DNA of 64,000 nt, taken from Convolutriloba macropyga. Its lineage: Eukaryota. The notes beneath the pieces are model-generated. The model had not been told where the DNA came from. It ran no database searches and saw only the letters and a list, made by a program, of their open reading frames with translations. Position numbers and translations under genes: made by a program. Of this stretch, positions 34,175-46,011 are shown one piece after another (the first letter of the stretch is position 1; every line of letters begins with the position of its first letter). The stretch lies in NCBI RefSeq assembly GCF_964194025.1, contig NC_134468.1, positions 36,084,001-36,148,000 on the forward strand. Reading direction: 5' to 3'.

Positions 34175-37100
34175 AAATTTTTACATTAATAAAAAAAATT
34201 AACTGTTTTTCAAAAATTTAACGCTAGAAAATGATTGATATTTTTATTGAAACGAAGAAATTAAATCCCCTCATGCTGCACAAAAAGACTATTTCTAGTA
34301 TTTAAAACCAAAATATAGACAAGAAACTGAGAAAAATTGGAAAAAACTACCAAAATCGGATTAGCATTTGTACAATTTTATAAAATTAAATTACATCGAG
34401 GTAGAGAGGCGTTGAGTATATGCATTATCAACGGGAAAATGCCATAATAACTGATTTTTGACAAAAAACGGCTAAAAGATCCAAAATTGAAAAAATTTTA
34501 CATTAATAAAAAAAATTAACTGTTTTTCAAAAATTTAACGCTAAAAAATGATTGATATTTTTATTGAAACGAAATTAAATCCCCTCATGCTGCACAAAAA
34601 GACTATTTCTAGTATTTAAAACCAAAAAATAGACAAGAAACTGAGAAAAATTGGAAAAAACTACCAAAATCGGATTAGCATTTGTACAATTTTATAAAAT
34701 TAAATTACATCGAGGTAGAGAGGCGTTGAGTATATGCATTATCAACGGGAAAATGCCATAATAACTGATTTTTGACAAAAAACGGCTAAAAGATCCAAAA
34801 TTGAAAAATTTTTACATTAATAAAAAAAAATTAACTGTTTTTCAAAAATTTAACGCTAAAAAATGATTGATATTTTTATTGAAACGAAATTAAATCCCCT
34901 CATGCTGCACAAAAAGACTATTTCTAGTATTTAAAACCAAAATATAGACAAGAAACTGAAAAAAATTGGAAAAAACTACCAAAATCGGATTAGCATTTGT
35001 ACAACTTTATAAAATTAAATTACATCGAGGTAGAGAGGCGTTGAGTATATGCATTATCAACGGGAAAATGCCATAATAACTGATTTTTGACAAAAAACGG
35101 CTAAAAGATCCAAAATTGAAAAATTTTTACATTAATAAAAAAAATTAACTGTTTTTCAAAAATTCAACGCTAAAAAATGATTGATATTTTTATTGAAACG
35201 AAATTAAATCCCCTCATGCTGCACAAAAAGACTATTTCTAGTATTTAAAACCAAAATATAGACAAGAAACTGAGAAAAATGGAAAAAACTACCAAATCGG
35301 ATTAGCATTTGTACAATTTTATAAAATTAAATTACATCGAGGTAGAGAGGCGTTGAGTATATGCATTATCAACGGGAAAATGCCATAATAACTGATTTTT
35401 GACAAAAAACGGCTAAAAGATCCAAAATTGAAAAAATTTTACATTAATAAAAAAAATTAACTGTTTTTCAAAAATTTAACGCTAAAAAATGATTGATATT
35501 TTTATTGAAACGAAATTAAATCCCCTCATGCTGCACAAAAAGACTATTTCTAGTATTTAAAACCAAAATATAGACAAGAAACTGAGAAAAATTGGAAAAA
35601 ACTACCAAAATCGGATTAGCATTTGTACAATTTTATAAAATTAAATTACATCGAGGTAGAGAGGCGTTGAGTATATGCATTATCAACGGGAAAATGCCAT
35701 AATAACTGATTTTTGACAAAAAACGGCTAAAAGATCCAAAATTGAAAAATTTTTACATTAATAAAAAAAATTAACTGTTTTTCAAAAATTTAACGCTAAA
35801 AAATGATTGATATTTTTATTGAAACGAAATTAAATCCCCTCATGCTGCACAAAAAGACTATTTCTAGTATTTAAAACCAAAATATAGACAAGAAACTGAG
35901 AAAAATTGGAAAAAACTACCAAAATCGGATTAGCATTTGTACAACTTTATAAAATTAAATTACATCGAGGTAGAGAGGCGTTGAGTATATGCATTATCAA
36001 CGGGAAAATGCCATAATAACTGATTTTTGACAACAAACGGCTAAAAGATCCAAAATTGAAAAATTTTTACATTAATAAAAAAAATTAACTGTTTTTCAAA
36101 AATTCAACGCTAAAAAATGATTGATATTTTTATTGAAACGAAATTAAATCCCCTCATGCTGCACAAAAAGACTATTTCTAGTATTTAAAACCAAAATATA
36201 GACAAGAAACTGAGAAAAATTGGAAAAAACTACCAAAATCGGATTAGCATTTGTGCAACTTTATAAAATTAAATTACATCGAGGTAGAGAGGCGTTGAGT
36301 ATATGCATTATCAACGGGAAAATGCCATAATAACTGATTTTTGACAAAAAACGGCTAAAAGATCCAAAATTGAAAAATTTTTACATTAATAAAAAAAATT
36401 AACTGTTTTTCAAAAATTTAACGCTAAGAAATGATTGATATTTTTATTGAAACGAAATTAAATCCCCTCATGCTGCACAAAAAGACTATTTCTAGTATTT
36501 AAAACCAAAATATAGACAAGAAACTGAGAAAAATTGGAAAAAACTACCAAAATCGGATTAGCATTTGTACAACTTTATAAAATTAAATTACATCGAGGTA
36601 GAGAGGCGTTGAGTATATGCATTATCAACGGGAAAATGCCATAATAACTGATTTTTGACAAAAAACGGCTAAAAGATCCAAAATTGAAAAATTTTTACAT
36701 TAATAAAAAAGATTAACTGTTTTTCAAAAATTTAACGCTAAAAAATGATTGATATTTTTATTGAAACGAAATTAAATCCCCTCATGCTGCACAAAAAGAC
36801 TATTTCTAGTATTTAAAACCAAAATATAGACAAGAAATTGAGAAAAATGGAAAAAAACTACCAAATCGGATTAGCATTTGTACAACTTTATAAAATTAAA
36901 TTACATCGAGGTAGAGAGGCGTTGAGTATATGCATTATCAACGGGAAAATGCCATAATAACTGATTTTTGACAAAAAACGGCTAAAAGATCCAAAATTGA
37001 AAAATTTTTACATTAATAAAAAAATTAACTGTTTTTCAAAAATTCAACGCTTAAAAATGATTGATATTTTTATTGAAACGAAATTAAATCCCCTCATGCT

Positions 37101-37632
37101 GCACAAAAAGACTATTTCTAGTATTTAAAACCAAAATATAGACAAGAAACTGAGAAAAATTGGAAAAAACTACCAAAATCGGATTAGCATTTGTACAATT
37201 TTATAAATTTAAATTACATCGAGGTAGAGAGGCGTTGAGTATATGCATTATCAACGGGAAAATGCCATAATAACTGATTTTTGACAAAAAACGGCTAAAA
37301 GAACCAAAATTGAAAAATTTTTACATTAATAAAAAAAATTAACTGTTTTTCAAAAATTCAACGCTAAAAAATGATTGATATTTTTATTGAAACGAAATTA
37401 AATCCCGTCATGCTGCACAAAAAGACTATTTCTAGTATTTAAAACCAAAATATAGACAAGAAACTGAGAAAAATTGGAAAAAACTACCAAAATCGGATTA
37501 GCATTTGTACAACTTTATAAAATTAAATTACATCGAGGTAGAGAGGCGTTGAGTATATGCATTATCAACGGGAAAATGCCATAATAACTGATTTTTGACA
37601 AAAAACGGCTAAAAGATCCAAAATTGAAAAAA
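34175..37632. repeat. Satellite array, 11 copies of a ~314-bp unit, in the GID4 intron
   Basis: ttacattaat recurs at about 34181, 34498, 34812, 35127, 35439, 35753, 36067, 36381, 36695, 37008 and 37321; units are nearly identical. Confidence 0.97.
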
Positions 37633-37662
37633 AATAAAAAAGAGAAAAATTAATTAAAAAAA

Positions 37663-38162
37663 CATAGCTGGCAGATTGCCAGAAAATAGCCGCAATAGAT
37701 TCGTAGATCGGCAGTCTAAAAAAACAGTAAAAAAGACAGACCAAAAAAATTCGTCTTTTCATTGAAGGCTGATCTGTTATATTTTGATTAAAAATCTGTA
37801 TAAGTTATTGCTGACTCTATTAGCTGATCTCAAATAACCTTCATTTAGAGTGATACACACCCATTTGACCTTATCTCTTTGAATTAAAGTAAATAAAAGT
37901 CAATTTCAAAGTGAGGAAGTCATTTTTGAGAGTGAGGTAAGTCAAGTGTGACCAAAAATTTAATCACGCGCATGAACAAAAAAACTCGCTCCACTAAGAG
38001 CGAAAAATGACGTCACACATGCAATTCAGTTGAAATTGCATGAACGAATGAACAAAAAATGGCTGTGACGTCATATGGTCGTAACAAAAATCATGACGAC
38101 GAAATAAAAAAAAACCAAGAGAAGGCCAATAATAGCCTCAGCTATCGCTGTGCGGCTATTAA
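37663..38162 (-). mobile_element. Helentron/DINE-like non-autonomous element, copy 2
   Basis: Colinear with 31421-31928; catag-ctggcagattgccag-aaaatagccgca ... tgcggctatt. A more diverged relative starts at 62090. Confidence 0.6.
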
Positions 38163-40928
38163 TCAAGAAATATGTGCCAATTTTGAACTTGAAACGCGTT
38201 TTCAGGCCCTGCAGAACACTGTGGTATTCATTTCCAAGATTTAAACTTCAATATAGCACCGAATAAAAATCTTGAAACCATTTCTACAAAAAAAAAACAA
38301 ATTACAAGCAAAAAATTGGGCCACTTAGACGAAAAAACGGCTAAAAACGGTTATCTCTGTGCCATTCAGTCCAAAACTACCTTTCAAAGTCAAAAAGTCA
38401 TTCACTAGACGCAGCGCATGATCAAAAACTTCTCTCGCTCAGAAAAAATAAGTTCACACGGCAATTTTACTCGCTTTCGCTTTTAGGTCAAAACAGCGTC
38501 TGAACGAATAGTACTTACGGTAAAAAAAAAACCTTAAGAACATAGCCGGAAGAATTCCGGAAACGACTCGAAGAGTTGTCTTCATGAAAGAATTACCTTT
38601 CAAATAAACTGTTTTATAATAAAATGTCTACAAACAACAACAAAAATTCTGTCAAAAAATGAAGACAAAACCAACTAAACTAAAAATTACATTCCTCCTG
38701 CATATAAAACAATCCAATTCTTTTTACGCAATTGAAAACATCAAAGTATGCCAGCATCAGAAATCAAGCCATATTAGGCTCCCAAAATTTTAATTTACAA
38801 GAAAAAGGTGAATACTGAAAGATAATTCCAAAAATTGTTACAAAATTTTTCAATTTTCGAAAACTCTTAATCGAAATACTATATTACAATCAAAACAGAA
38901 ATCAATTAGTAACTAAATAAACTTTGTCGCTTAAAGGTTAACAATAGTTGTCGCTTCATATCAGAAGGAACGCGATAAAACTAAACAATGACCCAAAAAC
39001 TTAAATCGAAATTAATCATGAAAAAACTAAAGAGACAGAACAATATTCAGACGCAAAAATTCGTATTTTACCAAAACCAAGCCCTAAGAATATTCACAGA
39101 AAAGAGTTGTTCAAAATTTTTAAAAGTGAAGGTAGCGAAACCTCAGAACTATATTACATTGAGTAAAATCAACTGCAAAAAAAAACTTCAAAGGAAAATG
39201 ACAAAAAACATTAGTTCAAATCAAATAAAATTCAAAGGAAAACGACAAAAAGAATTAGTTCAAATCAATTATTTTCAGTTTTATAAAAACAGGCAGGGCG
39301 AATAAATTTATAATTCATAGGAAAATGGTAGAAGGAAACATGCTAGAATAGGGAGAACACATACATTGTTATTACAATCCTCGTACATTTAAAAAAAAAT
39401 AATTCGCAATTTCTGAAAAATCAAAACTAAATAAAACCTAATTAAAATTTAAAATGAAAAAAATTGAAAATATGATTTTGTTTGTTAATAAGCAATCGAG
39501 GTTTAAGAAGATAACATACCCATCCTCCTGTCTCAATAAGAAGTTAAAAGAGCGCAATTGCGAAACAGTAGAACAATTTGCAAAAAAACTGTTCAAAATA
39601 TGGCAGAAATTTTCACTGAATTTTAAAGAGTTGCGGCCAAAAACAACTCAATGAGCAACCAAACGAAACCAAAACTAACGATGGAGCACCAAGAGACTTT
39701 TAATGGTTAACAAACTCAAAATACAAACAAAAAAATTGAAAACTTTGAAAAAAAACCGCCAAAATTGGATTATTATGTGTACATTTTTATAAAACAAAAA
39801 CACCTCACGTCCAAAAGAGGGATCAAATTCAGGAATTATCAAAAAGAGGTTGACAGATGTACCACTTTGGTAAAATAAAGTCCGCTTAAAAAGCCAAAAA
39901 TGAAGCAAAAATGAAAAAAAAAAACAAAAATTGACAAAAAAAATTGAGAAAAATGGGCCAATTTTGCACTTTAAACGCATTATCAAGATCTCAAAAACAT
40001 TGTGGCTTCGATTTCAGATGTTTGCATTTTTATGCGGTATCGATCAAAATTTACTTCAACAAGAAACCAAGTTACAATTAAAAAAAATTGGGCCAAATGG
40101 ACGAAAAACGGCTAAAAACTCATCTATATGCGCCAATCTCTCAAAAACTCTTTTCAAAGTCAAAAAGTCATTCACTGAACGTAGCGCATGAACAATAAAC
40201 TTCTTTCGATCAGAAAAATCAGTTCACACGGCACTTTTACTCGCTTTCACTATTAGGTCAAAACGCCACCTGAACAAACAGTACTTCCTGTAAAAAAAAA
40301 AAGACCAAGAGAAAACCAATACTCCTCTTCGAGTCGTAAAAACCAATACTCTTCTTCGAGTCTTAAAAAAAGACAGCGCCCCAATACAATTCAAATTCTT
40401 TGAATTGTAAAAAATAGGAGCGCTATAATAGCCGGCTGAGAAGATGAGGGCGGCTATTAACAAGAAAGAATAAAATGTAACTGCTTGGGAACCCAGTTGT
40501 ACCTCTCATTAAGCACGAAAAGTCAAAGCAAAAAATGTCAATCACAAAAGTTGATCGCGAGGTCACAAGTCAAGCGGATATTTTGCATAAAAACAAAATG
40601 AGACACGACTACAATAATTGCTTTGAACTTCGTTAGAGATCAATTTACCGACTAATACCTGACGAAATGCTCTCGCTATAGATTGTCGCCTGTTTTAGCG
40701 GCACTGCGCTAAAATAAATTCACAAATGGGCATCAGGTTATTAGGACTTATTGTAGACCTCTACTATGATGTTCAACAGAAAAAGATATGACCAAATCTG
40801 CTTCAGCTATAACTGTAGAAAAGAAACACTTGTCCTATAGTCACAAAAAACCGAAAGAATGCCAATTACTGCTTCTTCAGTTATCTCTTTCTCAGCTATT
40901 AATACAAATAAATTAATATGTTATTAAC

Positions 40929-41174
40929 CTCAACTGGACACCTCTGTGTGCTACCACTCTGTTCACCCTTGAACTTCGCTCCATCTCTGAGCGCCCGAAC
41001 ACAGTTGTAGTGCCGGGGCTGCCTAGTAACACTCCTCACAGGCGGCAGAGGTTGCAGCGCAAAGCCATTGTCAGATGATGCTGAACCACTTTCTGTCATC
41101 CTCTTGATTCCAGATTCTTCTGAGGTCCCAGAGAATGAAGTATTGATTGTGGGATTGGACTGGCTACACTCCAT
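40929..41174 (-). CDS. GID4: GID4, first coding exon
   Basis: LRDGAKFKGEQSGSTQRCPVE|gttaat donor, phase 0, joins VVF at 30408. The start could be ATG 41174 or 41099. Confidence 0.85.
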
Positions 41175-41886
41175 GTCAGCGATCCAACATTGCCAGCAAT
41201 TCTCAGGCTGACAACTCAACACTCCCAACTTAGAAACAATTACAATGGTTGACAATCACATTCAGTCACAACACAAGTCAATAACATCTGAAATACGTAC
41301 TCATCAAGTTCAATTTTATGCACAAATTGCTAACTGTGATACACGTCGTTTCAAAATTGCAAATGAAACCAAATCTAGCATCCTGAAGCTAAACCTTTTT
41401 CAAAAAATCTCAATTCGTCCAAATTTCAAATCAACTGTGCGCAGTTCTTAATTCGCCTGATACGAGGACGCCGGTAGAGAAGAACGGGCGTACAGCAGAA
41501 TGAGATCCAGAGCCGAATATTTACCGAGCTCTTATTGGTAGATCGTCAACTCGTTACTAAATAGGGCAGCGAACGTCTATGCGCGGTGGCAACAACCCCG
41601 TTCGTATTTTTTTTACATTTGTTGTACTTCAGTGTTGCAGCAATCAAATTGAAGCAATCCGCTCTGATTCTCATTCGCCTCTGCGCCAGTTTTGCTCTAA
41701 TACTTAGCTCCGCATGAGACATTATGAACTAAATTCAGAAGAGACAATTCACTCCACTGTCCTCATCCAATAATTGCTTCAGAAGAAACCCGTACCGAAC
41801 ATCAATTCAAATTTATATCAAATCAAATAAGGACGAACTTTATAAACAATTTAAAAGTTTATATTACGACCAATATCAACAATAAT

Positions 41887-42915
41887 CTAATCGAGATCCG
41901 ATGCCTCAATTTTCGGCTCGCTGATTTTGATTCGTTTGGAGTCTCGGTTCAAATCTGTGGAATCATCTGCGTTTTCATCAGCAGACAGGAACTCATCTTC
42001 ATCGCCTGCTTTGTCAGCATCTCCATCGCCCATAGTTTCAAAGAGGGAATCCAAAAGACCCATTAAACCACCCCCACCGGACGGCTTTGGAACCGATAAA
42101 CCGAAATACTTCACGCCAATTTTCTCCAAACACGGCGCAAAACTTTGGTCTCTCTTCAAAGATTTCTCATAAGCGCTTGTCAGGCGCAAATAATTGTCTA
42201 ACTTTCCATTCGGAATGTGAACTAGTAGGAAATAGCAGCAATTAAGCAAAGGGAAATCGAAGGGGATATTTTTTGTTTGTATTTTGGGATGACACTGAAC
42301 GTAGAAGTCCAAAAAGGTTTTCGCATATTCAACTTCTTCAATGACTAGGTACTGCAGAATAGCTTGAGCTGCGAATAATGAGACCTCAGTTTGAAGGCCA
42401 GCATGTGATAATTTGATACAGAACAAGGCACATTTCTTAGGATCTGATGAAAAAATGTAGTGATATCTGGCCTTTTGAAGCTGGAATTCCTCTTCGTACA
42501 TCTTAGCTAAATACAAATGCAGCACAGGATTTCCACGGGGCAATTTTTGGGTTTTTGATTTTTTAACTGCTAAGTTTATAACTGAAATTCTATCGTCAGC
42601 TTGTTCTGAAAGCCGCCCTAATATCGACTTGAATTCAATCATTCTCTCGTGATTTCCAAATTCTGATGCTTTTGAAGCCAAATTGACATACTGATTCAGA
42701 AGATCGAACGTACTGTGAAAAACAGCATGATCAATGAATATGTTAGCACTGTAAGTAATGAGTTCGAAAGCGTCGGGGTAATTCTCTGAATTAGAATAAC
42801 GGAACAGAAGCGTGTTACACAACTGATGCGCCTCGTAGAAATTGCCAGCTTCAACGTGTGTCTTAAACTTCGACCTCAATCGTCGCCCAGAAGAATCTTT
42901 AGCGGTGGGAGGCAT
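41887..42915 (-). CDS. GET4: GET4/TRC35 (Golgi to ER traffic protein 4), single coding exon
   Basis: GNFYEAHQLCNTLLFRY, GNPVLH, ARYHY, LFAAQAILQYL, PLLNCCYFLL, YEKSLKRD..LEKIGVKYFG..GGLMGLL, acidic tail ending DLD. First true ATG is at 42915. Confidence 0.95.
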   Translation of the reverse strand: MPPTAKDSSGRRLRSKFKTHVEAGNFYEAHQLCNTLLFRYSNSENYPDAFELITYSANIFIDHAVFHSTFDLLNQYVNLASKASEFGNHERMIEFKSILGRLSEQADDRISVINLAVKKSKTQKLPRGNPVLHLYLAKMYEEEFQLQKARYHYIFSSDPKKCALFCIKLSHAGLQTEVSLFAAQAILQYLVIEEVEYAKTFLDFYVQCHPKIQTKNIPFDFPLLNCCYFLLVHIPNGKLDNYLRLTSAYEKSLKRDQSFAPCLEKIGVKYFGLSVPKPSGGGGLMGLLDSLFETMGDGDADKAGDEDEFLSADENADDSTDLNRDSKRIKISEPKIEASDLD

Positions 42916-43000
42916 CGGTAATAAGCGTTCCTTCAATGAAAATCTGAAAAAGTTATGTTGATATCAACAATAACAAAGCAGCAGAGCAATTTGCAAAATA

Positions 43001-43366
43001 GGGTGTCAGGACAATTTACCCTATGCCATTATACCCAATACCAATATACCCAATGCCATTATGCCCAATGTACTTTGATATTTTCGTTCAATAATCCGAC
43101 TACAAATTAGCAGTTGCCATTACTCGTATGTTTTAACATACTTAATGAGCATGACCATGCCTCAGCGGCACGTGGGACTTGGTATGAAACTATCACAATC
43201 AAACAAGGGATTAAATTATCCGCTTGTTAAATTATACGTGTACGAGCTATTTTCTGCTAATTAGTACTCGGATTATGGAACGAAAATGTATATGTGAATT
43301 GGGTATAATGGCATTAGGTATTTTGGCATTGGGTATTTTGGCACTGGGTAAATTGTCATGTAACCG
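43001..43366. mobile_element. MITE with TIRs and 15-bp subterminal repeats just upstream of GET4
   Basis: gacaatttaccc + (atgccattatacccaa)n mirrored by (ttgggtataatggcat)n + gggtaaattgtc. Flanks gcaaaata / gcaaatta resemble a target-site duplication. Confidence 0.75.
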
Positions 43367-43620
43367 CAAATTAGAAAAGGCATTCCGTTTAAAAAATAAC
43401 TCACGTACATTTTACGATTTCACCGATACATAATACAGGTGAAAGATTAGATGCGATCGATTTGAAGACGTGCAAAACTAAGATTGAGATCAAAAAGAAA
43501 TATAAACACTAATTGTTCTACGTACTAATGAGATCGAAAAGAAAACATTTCAATTCCTGGCTTTAAGCTTTGTGATTTCCGAGAATGACTCAGGTATAAA
43601 TGATTTTAATATCTTGTGAT

Positions 43621-44532
43621 CCATTTTCCCCTATTTAGAGTGCAATGACTTATATTGATAAGATATCCCATTTAATGGGTCTAAAAACTTTTTGAGTGTG
43701 ATGAAATCAGTAAAGTGTAGTTAAAATACTGACATTCATCAAATACTGACACTCATTTTTGACACAGTCCAGAGGCCTGTTGCCCTCTATCATTTATTCA
43801 TGCTTCAACTAAGTAGGATTTCATCCGCGAAAAGACGTTTCGGGATTGCGATTTTTTCTCGCAGAACATCTTCGGAGCTAGGATAGATTTCAGTTAACGT
43901 TCTGTTTCTGATTGCTTTTCGTCTTTCAAGCACCATCTAGTTTGTGTGCAGTGTGCAGTCCGACCGCCATGATATTTCAGGCTGTTCTTGGAAATTGAGT
44001 ATAGAATATAGAATCTGTCATTTGTCGACTGGAGAGGATCGGTTCAAATTTTCAAATGGGCTACTTCGTTTTTCGTATTTTAAAATGATAACATGCAGCA
44101 GCGGAATTAATGATAAGAAAAGCACTTTTCGCGGCTTGCATCGTGTTGTCTGCATTTCAAATGCATTTTTTCCGCTTCAAATGCTAAAATAGGACACATT
44201 CGTGTACTAGACGTTCAGTTTGTCCATTTAAGCATTTGTATTTTGTAGTGCAAGTGCTTTACTTGTTGTCCTTTACTGATTTCGCGTTCGTTCCTCGGCT
44301 GTCAAATGATATGCATTTTGATTGATTTTCCTGTTGGATTTGGATAGGGTATTCTGAGCCTCACAAAAGAATTATTAGACCATCTGATGCAGGCAGCACT
44401 TTAAATATGCAATGGATCCGGTAATTGGAAGTCAAGGAAAATGGTTGGTAATCTGTCAAGTCTGAATTCAACTCGATGTTTGCGCTCTTTGTGGTTTCCA
44501 TGTCGTAGTATTATAATGCACAATCTACACCC
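43621..44532. mobile_element. Harbinger-like non-autonomous element, copy lacking the left TIR
   Basis: Near-identical to 44632-45511; ends ...caatctacaccc followed by TAA. Confidence 0.7.
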
Positions 44533-44535
44533 TAA

Positions 44536-45511
44536 GGGTGTAGATTGTGCATTATAATACTACGACATGGCAACCACGAAGAGCGCAAACGTCGAGTTAA
44601 ATTCAGACCTGACAGATTACCAACCATTTTCCATTGATAAGATATCCCATTTAATGGGTCTAAAAACTTTTTGAGTGTGATGAAATCATTAAAGTGTAGT
44701 TAAAATACTGACATTCATCAAATACTGACACTCATTTTTGAAACAGTCCAGAGGCCTGTTGCCCTCTATCATTTATTCATGCTTCAACTAAGTAGGATTT
44801 CATCCGCGAAAAGACGTTTCGGGCTTGCGATTTTTTCTCGCAAAACATCTTCGGAGCTAGGATAGATTTCAGTTAACGTTCTGTTTCTGATTCCTTTTCG
44901 TGTCTTTCAAGCACCATCTAGTTTGTGTGCAGTCCGACCGCCATGATATTTCAGGCTGTTCTTGGAAATTGAGTATAGAATATAGAATCTGTCATTTGTC
45001 GACTGGAGAGGATCGGTTCAAGTTTTCAAATGGGCTACTTCGTTTTTCGTATTTTAAAATGATAACATGCAGCAGCCGAATTAATGATAGGAAAAGCACT
45101 TTTCGCGGCTTACATCGTATTGTCTGCATTTCAAATGCATTTTTTGCGCTTTAAATGCTAAAATAGGGCACATTCGTGTACTAGACTAGACGTTCAGTTT
45201 GTCCATTTAAGCATTTGTATTTTGTAGTGCCAGTGCTTTACTTGTTGTCCTTTACTGATTTCGCGTTCGTTCCTCGGCTGTCAAATGATATGCATTTTGA
45301 TTGATTTTCTTGTTGGATTTGGATTGGGTATTCTGAGCCTCACAAAAGAATGGTTCGACCATCTGATGCAGGCAGCACCTTAAATATGCAATGGATCCGG
45401 TAATTGGAAGTCAAGGAAAATGGTTGGTAATCTGTCAAGTCTGAATTTAACTCGACGTTTGCGCTCTTCGTGGCTTCCATGTCGTAGTATTATAATGCAC
45501 AATCTACACCC
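44536..45511. mobile_element. Harbinger-like non-autonomous element, 976 bp, ~97-bp TIRs
   Basis: gggtgtagattgtgcattataatactacgac... and ...gtcgtagtattataatgcacaatctacaccc, flanked by TAA and TTA (TWA target typical of PIF/Harbinger). Confidence 0.75.
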
Positions 45512-46011
45512 TTAGTGGAATTCTCTTTTGATGACCCAAAAATCGTGATTTGCCGTGCTTATTAATGGGGACTCTAATTATATCTAATTGCTCATCAGCT
45601 TGAGGTAATATTTATTGAGGACTATGACTTCAAACCTCCTTTTACAACTTCTTTGTTTCTCAAATGCATCTTCGAAAGCGAAAATTAGTTAATCAGAGAT
45701 GACTTGTCTCCTAAGTGTAAAATAAAAACAACACAAAGAACACCAATAAATCTAAGATCCAAGATGACTTGGAATAATTGAACTGTATATTCGCAATTGA
45801 CTGAACTGTGCGAATTATTAGTACAATAATAACTTTCCTGTCTTAAACTTTCCTATCTCTTAATTATTTGCTCTCCAACGAAGTTTGTAGCAATTATATT
45901 AGTCCTGTCGGTCTTTTTTAATGCGATTTTTCGTTTGACGCTTTTGACTTTTCGTCCTCAAACAGGGGATAAACAGGTAGCGCCCAGCGGGCATTAAGTG
46001 CTCTTAGAGCC

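Noticed and set aside
34175-37632. CRISPR-like array
   Set aside because: Units are wholly repeated with no unique spacers, the context is eukaryotic and no cas genes are present.
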